Positions 50,890 through 60,774 of a stretch of 64,000 nucleotides of DNA are shown one piece after another; position 1 is the stretch's first letter, and every line of letters starts with the position of its first letter. The notes beneath the pieces are model-generated. The model was not told where the DNA came from, ran no database searches, and saw nothing but the letters and a program-made list of their open reading frames with translations. The stretch covers positions 100,468 to 164,467 of the forward strand of contig JAWAEV010000001.1 of assembly GCA_038891095.1 (NCBI GenBank), given 5' to 3'. Position numbers and translations under genes: made by a program. Source of the stretch: Candidatus Altiarchaeota archaeon (lineage in GTDB: Archaea; Altiarchaeota; Altiarchaeia; IMC4; QMZM01).

Positions 50890-51731
50890 TTTTTAATTCT
50901 CACAAAGCCCTCTTTCTTTACTATCTCTTGACCTTCATCAGAAAGTATAAAATCTATGAAATTTTTAACTTTACCCGTTGGCTGGCCCCTTGTTATCAAA
51001 TATAAATTTCTTGCAAGGGGGTATTTTCCATTTTGGATATTTTCTTCAGTTGGCATAACACCATTTATTGCTATTGGCTTAATTGTTCCATCTAAATATC
51101 CAATGCCAACATATCCAATAGCGTTCTCATTACCAGACACAGTAAATCTAACAGCACCACTTGATGGTTTTTGAAGAGCGCCTACAAAAACCTCTGTATG
51201 ATTCATAACAAGTTCATTGAAGCTTACTCTTGTACCGCCACCATCTTCTCTTTGCACAACAACAATTTTCTTATCTGGACCACCAACTTCCTTAAAATTT
51301 GTTATTTCCCCAAGAAAAATTTTTCTTACTTGTTCTAAGGTTAAATTTTCTATTGGGTTTGATGGATGCACAATAATTACTATGCAATCTAATGCAATTT
51401 TATGCACTATCAGCTCAGGATGTTTTCTCTTTTCTTCTTCACTTAATTCTCTTGAAGATGCTCCAATATCAATAGAGCCTTCACTAATCATTCTTATACC
51501 TGTACCAGAGCCACCACCTTGGACACCAATTTTTATTTCCGGATATTTCTTAGAAAAAATTTCAGCTGCTTTTATTATGATTGGTTGAACAGTTGTTGAA
51601 CCTGCTATAACTAGCTTATCTTTAACTTCTTCACTTTCTTTTTTTACGCAACCCAAAGAGAAGATTAAAGCAATTAAACTACAATATAGAAAAATTTTTT
51701 TCAACATTTTTAATGAAAGGTAAAAATCCAT
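50886..51731 (-). CDS. pstS: Phosphate-binding lipoprotein PstS (start may be the second Met)
   Basis: SLGC lipobox; GSTTV, GGGSGTG, REDGGGTR. Confidence 0.93.
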   Translation of the reverse strand: MDFYLSLKMLKKIFLYCSLIALIFSLGCVKKESEEVKDKLVIAGSTTVQPIIIKAAEIFSKKYPEIKIGVQGGGSGTGIRMISEGSIDIGASSRELSEEEKRKHPELIVHKIALDCIVIIVHPSNPIENLTLEQVRKIFLGEITNFKEVGGPDKKIVVVQREDGGGTRVSFNELVMNHTEVFVGALQKPSSGAVRFTVSGNENAIGYVGIGYLDGTIKPIAINGVMPTEENIQNGKYPLARNLYLITRGQPTGKVKNFIDFILSDEGQEIVKKEGFVRIKK

Positions 51732-51804
51732 GAATTTAGATAATAAGTTTTTTGGCTATAAAAAGTATTGTTCATAATAATAATGGGAAAAGTTCATAAT
51801 AATA

Positions 51805-52995
51805 ATGGGAAAAATGGAAAAATTTTATTTCATTGATCAGGAAATTTCTGATCTAAAGGAGAAAGGTCTTTTTAATATTATAAGAACTATAGAAAGTGCA
51901 AAAGATGCGTGGATTGTTGTAAATGGCAAAAAAGTTTTTGATATGTGTTCAAACGATTATCTTGGAATGGCAAATCATCCAGAAATTAAGAAAAAAGTTA
52001 AAGAGACAATAGATAAATTTGGTATAGGCCCAGCCGCAGTAAGAAGTATCGCTGGAACAATGTCACTACACTTAGAGCTTGAAGAAAAATTAGCAAAATT
52101 TAAAGGTGTTGAAGCTTGTATATCTTTTCAATCAGGACTCCTTGCAAATTTAGGAACTATTCCTGCAATAGTTAGTGAAGGTGATGCTATTTTTTCAGAT
52201 GAATTAAATCATGCTTCAATAATTGATGGCTGTAGACTAACAAAGGCAACAAGACATATCTACAAGCATAGAGATGTAAACTCCTTAGAAGAAGAAATAA
52301 AGAAAGAAAAAAATGCAAGAAGAAAATTAATTGTGACTGATGGTGTTTTTTCAATGGATGGGGACCTTGCTCCTTTGCCTGAAATTGTAGAAATTGCTGA
52401 GAAATATCAAGCTATAGTTATGGTCGACGATGCTCATGGAGAAGGTGTTCTTGGTGATCATGGTAGAGGTATAGTTGATCACTTTAAGCTGCATGGAAAA
52501 ATCGACATTGAAATGGGCACTATGTCAAAAGCATTCGGTGTTATTGGTGGCTATATAGCAAGTAATGAAAAAATTGTTTCCTATCTTAAACAGAGGGCAA
52601 GACCATTTCTTTTTTCTTCTGCTGCAACAGTTGCAGATGTTGCTGCATGCATTGCTGTTGTTGATCTATTACAACGCTCTGATGAATTAGTGAAAAAACT
52701 TTGGGATAATGCAAAATACTTCAAAAAAGAAATGAAATCATTGGGCTTTGATATAGGACAAAGTGAAACTCCTATAACGCCAGTAATGCTAAATGACGAA
52801 AAATTAACAAGAGAATTCTCAAAGAGATTATTTGATAGTGGAGTTTTCGCGATTCCGATAACATATCCAACAGTTCCATTAGGAAAAGCAAGAATAAGAG
52901 TTATGCTCTCAGCAAAACAAGAAAAAAAGGACCTTGACTTCGCTTTAGGAGTTTTTGAAAAAGTTGGTAAAGAGATGAAAGTTCTGTTATCTTAA
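51805..52995 (+). CDS. kbl: Glycine C-acetyltransferase / 8-amino-7-oxononanoate synthase family
   Basis: [27 protein letters not shown] (PLP Lys). Confidence 0.85.
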   Translation: MGKMEKFYFIDQEISDLKEKGLFNIIRTIESAKDAWIVVNGKKVFDMCSNDYLGMANHPEIKKKVKETIDKFGIGPAAVRSIAGTMSLHLELEEKLAKFKGVEACISFQSGLLANLGTIPAIVSEGDAIFSDELNHASIIDGCRLTKATRHIYKHRDVNSLEEEIKKEKNARRKLIVTDGVFSMDGDLAPLPEIVEIAEKYQAIVMVDDAHGEGVLGDHGRGIVDHFKLHGKIDIEMGTMSKAFGVIGGYIASNEKIVSYLKQRARPFLFSSAATVADVAACIAVVDLLQRSDELVKKLWDNAKYFKKEMKSLGFDIGQSETPITPVMLNDEKLTREFSKRLFDSGVFAIPITYPTVPLGKARIRVMLSAKQEKKDLDFALGVFEKVGKEMKVLLS

Positions 52996-53044
52996 TAATT
53001 TTAAGATAATTTAGATTTTAATAAAAGAAGAGTAATAAATTTAT

Positions 53045-53488
53045 ATGAAAAAAGCACAGGCATCTTTGGAATATATGATAATGTTAGCTATTTCTCTTGG
53101 AGTTTTTGCTGCAATTTTATATGTTAGCACATTTTTGATTTCAACCTCAACAACTCAAGTTGGCTTAGATACAGCATTTAGAGCAGTTCAAACTATTAGA
53201 GAAGCTTCTGACTTCATATATATTCATGGACACCCATCAAAAATTCAAACGCAGATAAGAATTCCAACAAATGTTGAAGAATTGAAAATTGCAAATAGAT
53301 CAGTTAAGTTAAGTATAACATCTTATAACTCATATACTGACATCTATGAGGTAACAAAGGGTAATTTAACTTCAGATATCTCTTTAATTTGCCCAACAAC
53401 AAGGTCTTGTAAATCTGGCAATTATGTATTTGTTTTTGAATCTTTAGCTCCAGGAACAGGATATGATGTGAATGTAACAACTCTATGA
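53045..53488 (+). CDS. Class III signal peptide (type IV pilin-like) protein
   Basis: KKAQ/ASLEYMIML followed by a hydrophobic helix. Confidence 0.8.
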   Translation: MKKAQASLEYMIMLAISLGVFAAILYVSTFLISTSTTQVGLDTAFRAVQTIREASDFIYIHGHPSKIQTQIRIPTNVEELKIANRSVKLSITSYNSYTDIYEVTKGNLTSDISLICPTTRSCKSGNYVFVFESLAPGTGYDVNVTTL

Positions 53489-53736
53489 AGATGGTTTTAA
53501 ATTTTTTCAATCTGTTGGTAAATTTACATTCCTAAAAGGAAAATTTCAGAGAGAAAAAGGAATTGAATCTTTAGCTCATTTGCAAAGATACTCTGGGAAA
53601 AGCAGTTATAAAAAACGAACTTACTTAGTTTCTACACTATCTCTAAGAGGAGGCACATATTATAAATCCATCATATTTTATTAGATTTATCTTATGGCAG
53701 ATTGAAATTTAAAGCTATATTAGTTTTTGCATGGAA

Positions 53737-53832
53737 TTAAATCCATCTAATTTCTTTGCTACCGCATCTTGGGCACTTTATATCTTTCTTAAATTCTGCT
53801 ATTAGCTCAGAGCAATTTTTACATATCCCCAT
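53737..53832 (-). CDS. 31-aa zinc-ribbon micro-protein (not in ORF track)
   Basis: MGICKNCSELIAEFKKDIKCPRCGSKEIRWI, starting just after tRNA-Pro. Confidence 0.5.
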   Translation of the reverse strand: MGICKNCSELIAEFKKDIKCPRCGSKEIRWI

Positions 53833-53840
53833 TTTTGTAA

Positions 53841-53913
53841 TGGGACCGTGGAGATTTGAACTCCAGTAACCAGCACCCCAAGCTGGTAGGATCCCAGGCT
53901 ACCTCACGGTCCC
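53841..53913 (-). tRNA. tRNA-Pro(GGG)
   Basis: Acceptor GGGACCG/CGGTCCC; anticodon arm CCAGC-TTGGGGT-GCTGG; GTTCAAATC T-loop. Confidence 0.93.
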
Positions 53914-53965
53914 AGTTTTCTTTTTTCATCAACCTTTTTCTCTTTTGAAAAAGAAAAGATTAAAA

Positions 53966-54108
53966 TGGACCCGTCGGGATTTGAACCCGAGGCCTCTCCC
54001 ACTTTGTAGCTTTTTATTTTCTTTCTCTTTCGCCAACATCTCTCTTTCTTCTTAAGAAAGAGAAAGGCTATGCCAAGGGAGCAATCTACCAGACTGATCT
54101 ACGGGCCC
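53966..54108 (-). tRNA. tRNA-Ala(GGC) with a 69-nt intron at 37/38 (54002-54070)
   Basis: G3:U70 in GGGCCCG/CGGGTCC; CTCCC-TTGGCA^T-GGGAG after splicing; relaxed BHB. Confidence 0.9.
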
Positions 54109-54137
54109 ATTTAAATTAATTCCACCATAAAAATAAA

Positions 54138-54470
54138 TTATAGCATTTCTTTAATTTCAGATATTTTTTTCTTTTCAATTTGTTCCCTTATAATTGCCTT
54201 TATAACTAAATCATCAGTCAACCCACTTCTATTTGAAATTTCTTTCAAAATTTTATATGTTTTATCATGCATCTCAAATGAAACTATTTTGCCTTCTCTT
54301 GAGATTGTTGTCTCTGGTAGGTAATCTAATGTAACTTCAGAATCTTTTGCTTTAGCACATATAAAATTTTCTAATATCTCACTCTCAGTAAATTCTTTAT
54401 ATTTCTTCTTTTCTTTGTTTAAGAACTCCATTTCCTCTTTGGATAGAAAAACGAGAACTATTCTTGTCAT
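54138..54470 (-). CDS. Hypothetical protein, possibly tandem ribbon-helix-helix
   Basis: Start MTRIVLVFLS; two beta-helix-helix-like segments (IVSFEMHDKTYKILKEIS..DDLVIKAII). Confidence 0.55.
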   Translation of the reverse strand: MTRIVLVFLSKEEMEFLNKEKKKYKEFTESEILENFICAKAKDSEVTLDYLPETTISREGKIVSFEMHDKTYKILKEISNRSGLTDDLVIKAIIREQIEKKKISEIKEML

Positions 54471-54655
54471 TATTATTCTTTTAAGTTTCCTAAAATAAAA
54501 GGAATAACATAAGTAGCGTAACAAACAAGCTATAATATTCTTAGAGAGCTCTCTTATTTTTAAAGTAAAGAAGAGATTAGCAGAGTGGATTTAGAACCAA
54601 CCTTTTTAAATTGATCAAATTATCTACCGGTCAACTAAATTCTTATTCATGTAAT

Positions 54656-54710
54656 TTTTCTTTCTCTTTCGTGAACGTTTCTATTTCTTTTTCTAAAAAA
54701 GAGAAAGGTT
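54656..54710. repeat. Short hairpin element similar to the tRNA-Ala intron and to 53916-53961
   Basis: Shares TTTTCTTTCTCTTTCG and AAAGAGAAAGG with 54017-54067. Confidence 0.55.
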
Positions 54711-54797
54711 CGCCGAGGTTGGGATTTGAACCCAAGCCCCCCAGTTGGAGGACAAGCTTAGCAGGCTTGCGCGTTAACCGGACTCCGCCACCTCGGC
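54711..54797 (-). tRNA. tRNA-Ser(GCT)
   Basis: GCCGAGG/CCTCGGC; CAAGC-CTGCTAA-GCTTG; long variable arm. Confidence 0.93.
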
Positions 54798-54819
54798 ATT
54801 TGTCATTACTCTTTACTTC

Positions 54820-54981
54820 CTAAAATTTTTCTGCTTCATCAATTAGCATAATTGGGATTTCATCATCAATGCGATATTTTAACTTACATTTATAGCATAT
54901 GAGCTTATTTTCTTTTTCTTTAAATTCTAAATCCCCTTTGCATTTTGGGCATACAAGTATCTTTAATAGTTCCCTATCCAT
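54820..54981 (-). CDS. Trm112/YcaR (UPF0434) family protein, 53 aa (not in ORF track)
   Basis: MDRELLKILVCPKCKGDL..LICYKC..YRIDDEIPIMLIDEA. Confidence 0.88.
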   Translation of the reverse strand: MDRELLKILVCPKCKGDLEFKEKENKLICYKCKLKYRIDDEIPIMLIDEAEKF

Positions 54982-55023
54982 TCTCTCTTTAATAATCTCT
55001 GTACAAATTTATATATGCTTTCC

Positions 55024-56004
55024 TTATTTCTCCTTCAAAAATTTTGGATATGTGCCAAGTTTCATTACAACTCTCTTAGGAGTTGCAACAATTCCTGAGT
55101 TTGCATTTAAAATTTCATCACTTGACATCTCTGCCCTTGCAATAGCAACTAATTCATCTTTCAAAGACATTATCGCAACTATTTTTCCTTTTTCAATTTT
55201 TTTTGTTATTTTGCAAACTCCTGGAGCATATAAACTTGAGCCATGACATATCGCATTAACTGTGCTATCACTAATCCAAATTTTTTCAAAACTTTCAACT
55301 GCTTTCTCAAAAGGTAAAATTATCTCTCTCAGAAATTTATCATTGCCTTGAAGATAAAGTGCATATGCATCACTAAGTTCATGAAGTGTAGTTATAGAAT
55401 TTTCATCAAAATTTCCAACTTGAATCCTTCGTAATTTTTGCATGTTTGAGTTAACACCTAAGAAAACACCAATGTCATGGCATAACTTTCTAATATATGT
55501 GCCAGATTCGCATTCAACTTCAAATAAAATTTCTCTGCCCTCTCTTTCAAGAAATTTTAGCGAGTAAATTTCTCTGATACGAGAAACTCTTTTAACTGCA
55601 GATTTTCTTGGTGGCATTTGATAGATTTTACCAGTAAAATGATCAAAAACTTCTCTTAGAGCATTATCTGAAACATCTTTATGTAATCTTAAAATTCCAA
55701 CATATTTCCTTTTTAAAAATTTAAAAATAGGGCTAAGTTTTGTTGAATTTTCCAAAAGTATTGGAAGAACCCCAGTAACATTGCTATCCAAAGTTCCAGT
55801 ATGGCCTGATTTTCTCAAATGTAAAATCTTTTTCACAATCTCAGAAACACTATGCGATGTAAAATTTTCTGGCTTGTCGATTACCACAATCCCATTGTTG
55901 ATATGCTCAGTAATACCTCTATCTTCTGGTTTTTTACCATATGAGAAATCAGTTTCTTTATCTCTGATGATTAACAATTCTTTTTCAGAATTGCAAAATT
56001 TCAT
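55024..56004 (-). CDS. cbf5: H/ACA pseudouridine synthase Cbf5
   Basis: IDKP, GHTGTLD, GTYIRKLCHDIG, PUA domain. Confidence 0.93.
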   Translation of the reverse strand: MKFCNSEKELLIIRDKETDFSYGKKPEDRGITEHINNGIVVIDKPENFTSHSVSEIVKKILHLRKSGHTGTLDSNVTGVLPILLENSTKLSPIFKFLKRKYVGILRLHKDVSDNALREVFDHFTGKIYQMPPRKSAVKRVSRIREIYSLKFLEREGREILFEVECESGTYIRKLCHDIGVFLGVNSNMQKLRRIQVGNFDENSITTLHELSDAYALYLQGNDKFLREIILPFEKAVESFEKIWISDSTVNAICHGSSLYAPGVCKITKKIEKGKIVAIMSLKDELVAIARAEMSSDEILNANSGIVATPKRVVMKLGTYPKFLKEK

Positions 56005-56240
56005 TTAAATCCTTCCTTTTCAAGTTCTTTTATAATCTCTTCTGATTTTGAATTTTTCTTTATATTAATTATCTTTGGTAATGGCTCAAGATGTGCAGAA
56101 TTAATCTTGCGCCTTTTTACTCCTTTACCTTCCACTATCACAAAATTTTTCTCTCCTGAAACTCTGTCAACTACCACAACATATTTTCCAGCATTTTTTC
56201 CAGAAACAACCATGCAAACTCTACCTGTAGTGAGGATCAT
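56001..56240 (-). CDS. rpl14e: 50S ribosomal protein L14e
   Basis: GRVCMVVSGKNAGK..VKRRKIN..HLEP. Confidence 0.9.
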   Translation of the reverse strand: MILTTGRVCMVVSGKNAGKYVVVVDRVSGEKNFVIVEGKGVKRRKINSAHLEPLPKIINIKKNSKSEEIIKELEKEGFK

Positions 56241-56363
56241 TTTATTTAAATTTTTATAATTTATGGATTATTAATTTAGATTTTCCCTATTTTAATTAAA
56301 TTTAAATTATCCATTCTAATTATTCTATTCATTGTTAGAATTAGTGCAAATCATAAAGTGAAT

Positions 56364-56436
56364 GCCTCGGTAGCTCAGTTGGTAGAGCGTCCGACTGTTA
56401 ATCGGATGGTCGCAGGTTCAAGTCCTGTCCGAGGCG
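56364..56436 (+). tRNA. tRNA-Asn(GTT)
   Basis: GCCTCGG/CCGAGGC; TCCGA-CTGTTAA-TCGGA; GGTTCAAGTCC. Confidence 0.95.
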
Positions 56437-56440
56437 TTTT

Positions 56441-57016
56441 ATGTTGGCAATAATTATGGGTATTCCTGGAAGTGGAAAGACAACAGTTATAAATGAAGCA
56501 ATAAAAATTCTTGAAAAAGAAGATAAAAAATATGAAAGAGTTGTCTTTGGTGATGTAATTTTTGAAATAGCAAAGAAAAAAAAATTTGTAAAGGATAGAG
56601 ACGAAATAAGAAAGCTACCTTTTGGAATACAAAAAATATTGCAGAAAGAAGCAGCGAAAAAAATTGAGGATATGACAAAAGGAAAAAATTTTATAATTGA
56701 TACTCACTGCACAATTTCAACCCCAAAAGGTTATATTCCTGGTTTACCTGAATATGCCCTAAGAGAATTAAAGCCAGATGTTTTAATTATAATTGAAGCA
56801 GATGCTAAAGAAATTGAAATTAGAAGGTCTACTGATCTAACAAGAAAAAGAGATGATGAAAATGTTTCAGAAATTGAGCTTCATCAGCAATTGAATAGAG
56901 CAATTACAATGGCTTATTCTGCTTTAACAGGAGCATCAGTTAAAATTATAAAAAACTCACAAGGAAAGGTTAATGATGCAGTAATGCAATTAGTAAAAAT
57001 TTTATCAAACAATTAA
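56441..57016 (+). CDS. adkA: Archaeal adenylate kinase
   Basis: GIPGSGKTT, DTH..GYIPGLP. Confidence 0.93.
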   Translation: MLAIIMGIPGSGKTTVINEAIKILEKEDKKYERVVFGDVIFEIAKKKKFVKDRDEIRKLPFGIQKILQKEAAKKIEDMTKGKNFIIDTHCTISTPKGYIPGLPEYALRELKPDVLIIIEADAKEIEIRRSTDLTRKRDDENVSEIELHQQLNRAITMAYSALTGASVKIIKNSQGKVNDAVMQLVKILSNN

Positions 57017-57017
57017 A

Positions 57018-57440
57018 ATGAATTTTCTAATAACAGAAGCTGGCCAAATTATAGCATTGATTTCAATCGCATTGTCAGTTTTCAGCATATTTGCAAGAAT
57101 TTTAGTCTTAGGTAAAGACAAAATAAAGGAGATGAAAGAACAAATAAAAAAAAGTCAAAAAGAAATGAAAGAAGCAACAAAATCTGGAGATAAAAAAAGA
57201 GCATTACAAGCTCAAGAAGCATACATGAAAATAACAATAGAGAATATGAGACACTCATTCAAGCCATTAATTATAACCTTTATACCCTTTGTTCTGGTTT
57301 TTGGATGGTTAAAAGAGAATTATGGAAATTCAGGTAATGTTGCTATTATTTTTGGCATAGGATTTGATTGGTTTTTATGGTATCTTGCATGTGCAATGCT
57401 CTTCTCAATTTTAATATCAAAAATTTTAAAATTAGATTAA
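57018..57440 (+). CDS. DUF106 / EMC3-TMCO1 family membrane protein
   Basis: TM-coiled coil-TM, FKPLIITFIP, WFLWY; position after adk. Confidence 0.88.
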   Translation: MNFLITEAGQIIALISIALSVFSIFARILVLGKDKIKEMKEQIKKSQKEMKEATKSGDKKRALQAQEAYMKITIENMRHSFKPLIITFIPFVLVFGWLKENYGNSGNVAIIFGIGFDWFLWYLACAMLFSILISKILKLD

Positions 57441-57441
57441 A

Positions 57442-57792
57442 ATGCCAAAAGTAAAAGTAAAAACACCATCTGGTAAATTGGTGATAAGGGAGAAAAAGAA
57501 AAAGCCAAAAAGAGCACATTGTGGTAGATGTGGAAAACAACTTGGTGGAGTTGAAAGTAAAAGTGTTGCAGAGATGAGAAAATTAGCAAAGAGTAAGAAA
57601 ATTCCAACAAGACCATATGCAGGAGTTCTTTGCAATAATTGCTTAGAAAGTTTGCTTAGGTATAAAGTTAGATTTGAAGCAAAATTTTCAAATCCTGAAT
57701 TTAAAGATTTAGAGTTGCATAGAGATTTAACAATTGAAAAATTTTTGCCAAGAGGGTGGTTTGCATCTCTGCAAAATTTACAGGAGAAATAA
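57442..57792 (+). CDS. rpl34e: 50S ribosomal protein L34e with C-terminal extension
   Basis: KTPSGK..CGRCGKQL..RPYAGVLCNNC. Confidence 0.9.
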   Translation: MPKVKVKTPSGKLVIREKKKKPKRAHCGRCGKQLGGVESKSVAEMRKLAKSKKIPTRPYAGVLCNNCLESLLRYKVRFEAKFSNPEFKDLELHRDLTIEKFLPRGWFASLQNLQEK

Positions 57793-57799
57793 GGGAGAT

Positions 57800-58873
57800 A
57801 TGACATTTGAAATTCCAACAAAAATAATTTTTGGTGAAGGTTCTTTTTCAAAAATTTCAGAGATTATCTCTAAGGATGAAAATTTTCTGCTGATTTGTGG
57901 AGCTCATTTTCTCGAGACTAAAGAATTTTCATTTCTGAAGAAAAATTTTCCGCAGATGGAAATCCTTTCAGGAGTAAAACCTGAGCCAAAGTTGGATGAA
58001 ATTGAAATTTACTGGAATAAAGTAAAAGGTAAAAAGCCAAGATTCATTCTTGCTATTGGTGGTGGTTCAGTAATTGATACAGCAAAAGTTTTAGCTGCAA
58101 AATTTACAAACAAAAAAGAAAACTTTAGAGATTTTTTTGGAAAAGAAAAAATTAAGAAAAAATGCTTAAAGTTAATTGCAGTTCCAACAACTTCTGGTTC
58201 TGGAAGTGAAGTCACTAAGTATTCAGTAATAAAAGACTCGGGAATAAAAAAGGTTATAATCTCTGAGAAAATCTATCCTGAGATTGCAATTGTTGATCCT
58301 ATGCTAACATTAAGTACATCAAAAGAATTAACAGCTTATGCTGGCTTAGATGCTCTTTCTCATAATCTTGAATCATATATGTCAAAAAAAGCAAATTTAT
58401 TCTCAGAAATTTACTCAATTGAAGGAGTCCGTCTTTGTTTGAAATGGCTTGAGAAAGCTTATGAAAATGGAAATAACATAGAAGCAAGAAGGGGTATGTC
58501 ATTAGCATCACTATTTGGAGGAATTGCAATCACTAATGCTCCTACAGGAATAGTACATCTCCTCAGTAAAATTCTTGATAGTTTTGTTGAAATTCCACAT
58601 GGTTTAGGCAATGCTATTTTTCTTCCTTATGCAATTAAATACTGCAACTCTGAAAAATTGCAGAAATTGGAAAGAGAACTTAAAATTGAAAATCTTCCAG
58701 AACATTTGGTAAAGTTAAATGAAAATTTAAGAATTCCGAGATTAGGTGAATTTAAAATTTCTCAAGAGGATTTTATAAGAAAAACAAAGGAGAATATTAC
58801 ACTTGTCGTTGATCCTTCCAGCACAGCCATAGGGGATGAAAATTTAATTAACATAATTTTAGAGTCAATGTAG
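57800..58873 (+). CDS. Iron-containing alcohol dehydrogenase family
   Basis: Start MTFEIPTKIIFG; GGGSVID, PTTSGSGSEVT, DALSH, PHG. Confidence 0.9.
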   Translation: MTFEIPTKIIFGEGSFSKISEIISKDENFLLICGAHFLETKEFSFLKKNFPQMEILSGVKPEPKLDEIEIYWNKVKGKKPRFILAIGGGSVIDTAKVLAAKFTNKKENFRDFFGKEKIKKKCLKLIAVPTTSGSGSEVTKYSVIKDSGIKKVIISEKIYPEIAIVDPMLTLSTSKELTAYAGLDALSHNLESYMSKKANLFSEIYSIEGVRLCLKWLEKAYENGNNIEARRGMSLASLFGGIAITNAPTGIVHLLSKILDSFVEIPHGLGNAIFLPYAIKYCNSEKLQKLERELKIENLPEHLVKLNENLRIPRLGEFKISQEDFIRKTKENITLVVDPSSTAIGDENLINIILESM

Positions 58874-59485
58874 TTAAATCAGATATTTCAAAATCAGAAA
58901 GCCGCCAACAACTAACAAGAAAACTAAAATCGTAGATATGTTAAAGTATCTATCAATTAATTCTCTTACTCTTCTTCCAAAGAGGTAAATTAAAGTTGCA
59001 ACTAAGAAAAATCTTCCACCTCGGCCTAAAATTGACGCAATAATTAATATTTCTAAGCCAACATCCCAAACTCCTGCTGCGATTGTAAAAACTTTATAGG
59101 GAATTGGTGTAAATGCCGCTCCTAATATTGCCAAAAAAGCATATTTGCTATAGTAACTACCAACAATTTGAAAATATTCTTGATAGTGAAAAAATTCTAT
59201 AATTGCTCTTCCAATTGTTTCAAATAGGAATAAACCAATGAAATAGCCAAAAATTCCTCCAATTACTGATCCAACAGTTGAAATTAAAGCATAGAAAAAA
59301 GATTTTTTAGGTTTTGAAATTGACAATGCTATTTGAAGGACATCAGGTGGCACTGGAAAAAAAGATGATTCTGCGAATGCTAAAGTAAATAAAGCGCAAT
59401 TTGCGTATTTTTTATTAGCTAAGGATAAAACCCAATCATATAACTTTCTCAGTAAACCAAATGTATAGTTATAGAGAAATTTCAA
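58874..59485 (-). CDS. YqaA/DedA (VTT) family membrane protein
   Basis: FAESSFFPVPPD, FTPIPYK. Confidence 0.9.
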   Translation of the reverse strand: MKFLYNYTFGLLRKLYDWVLSLANKKYANCALFTLAFAESSFFPVPPDVLQIALSISKPKKSFFYALISTVGSVIGGIFGYFIGLFLFETIGRAIIEFFHYQEYFQIVGSYYSKYAFLAILGAAFTPIPYKVFTIAAGVWDVGLEILIIASILGRGGRFFLVATLIYLFGRRVRELIDRYFNISTILVFLLVVGGFLILKYLI

Positions 59486-59493
59486 TTTTCACA

Positions 59494-60774
59494 TTAGATA
59501 ACTTTTTCCCATTTTTTTAGTTCTTGAACTTCTGAAAGTGTCTCTCCTCTGTGGATTTCTTCTCTAATTCTATTCTCTTTTTCATAAATATCTAAGGCTC
59601 TATTTGCGATCTCAATTGCTTTTTCCTTTGGAATTACAATAACTCCATCGCTATCAGCAACAATATAGTCCTGAGGCCTAATCAAAACTCCTGAAATTTT
59701 TATTGGAATGTTTATCTCACCAAAACCTTTGGGTTCGCCAGCATTTGAACAGACTAACTTAGAAAATGCATTAAATTTAATTTTCTTTATCTCTTCTAAA
59801 TCACGAATAGCTCCCCAAACTACAACACCTGCAATTCCCTTTCTCTTTGCTGAGTGAGAAGCTAATTCGCCCCAAACTGCAGGACCAACACCACCAGCAT
59901 CTATAACAATTACATCTCCTTTTTTTGCAATTTCTAAAGCCTCTACAGGCTTAGCCCAATCTCCAGGATAAGTTCTCACTGTAATAGCCCTACCAACAAT
60001 TTTCTTTCCAGAGCAAAGTTTTATTTCTTCAAGACTTGATGTTCTGTGCATAGCATCTGAAATGTTCGGTGTTGAGACTATTTTGAAAACTTCTAAAGGA
60101 TTGAGATATTTCTTGTAGAGCTTTGTTTTAATTTCTTTCCTTAGCATAATGGCTCTCTTTATTTTCTTTGTTTCAATAGTGGCATTTTCTGACTTTGTTA
60201 TTGCTCCGCCAACAATTATTATAGATGCTCCTGCTTTTACTGCTTTTGCAGCTGTTTCAGAATTTATGCCACCTGCAATCGCTAAAGGAATCTTTACCTT
60301 ACGAGAAATTTTTTTTAATTCTTCTATTGGATCTAAACCAAGCATTTGCTGGTCTATACCTAAATGAATACAAATATAGTCAACACCCAAATTTTCAATT
60401 TCTATTGCTCTTTTTTCTATGTTAGGAACATTCAACAGATCTACCATAATTTCACACCCATAATTTTTTCCTGCTTCTACAGCTTCCTTTATTGTTGAGT
60501 TATCTGCAACTCCAAGAATTATAGCTATGTTAGCTCCTGCCTTTGCAGCAGCTTCGACCTCATATCTACCAGTATCCATAACTTTTAAGTCTGCAACAAT
60601 TTTTTTATTTGGAAATTTTTTCTTTAACTCTCTCACTGAATTTAAACCTTCGGATTTTATTAGAGGTGTTCCAGCTTCTAACCAATCAGCTCCACCTTTA
60701 ACTGCTTCCTCTGCTACTTTCAAAGCCCTTTTCAATTCAACAAAATCTAATGCTATTTGGAGCACTGGTTTCAT
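59494..60774 (-). CDS. hps: 3-hexulose-6-phosphate synthase fused to an RraA/MenG-like domain
   Basis: LQIALD, EAGTPLIK, ADLKVMD; STPNISDA..AVWGEL..GAIRD. Confidence 0.88.
   Translation of the reverse strand: MKPVLQIALDFVELKRALKVAEEAVKGGADWLEAGTPLIKSEGLNSVRELKKKFPNKKIVADLKVMDTGRYEVEAAAKAGANIAIILGVADNSTIKEAVEAGKNYGCEIMVDLLNVPNIEKRAIEIENLGVDYICIHLGIDQQMLGLDPIEELKKISRKVKIPLAIAGGINSETAAKAVKAGASIIIVGGAITKSENATIETKKIKRAIMLRKEIKTKLYKKYLNPLEVFKIVSTPNISDAMHRTSSLEEIKLCSGKKIVGRAITVRTYPGDWAKPVEALEIAKKGDVIVIDAGGVGPAVWGELASHSAKRKGIAGVVVWGAIRDLEEIKKIKFNAFSKLVCSNAGEPKGFGEINIPIKISGVLIRPQDYIVADSDGVIVIPKEKAIEIANRALDIYEKENRIREEIHRGETLSEVQELKKWEKVI

Noticed and set aside
53841-56436. Integrated provirus or ICE at the tRNA genes
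   Set aside because: No integrase, no clear duplicated tRNA 3' end, and the flanks are housekeeping genes
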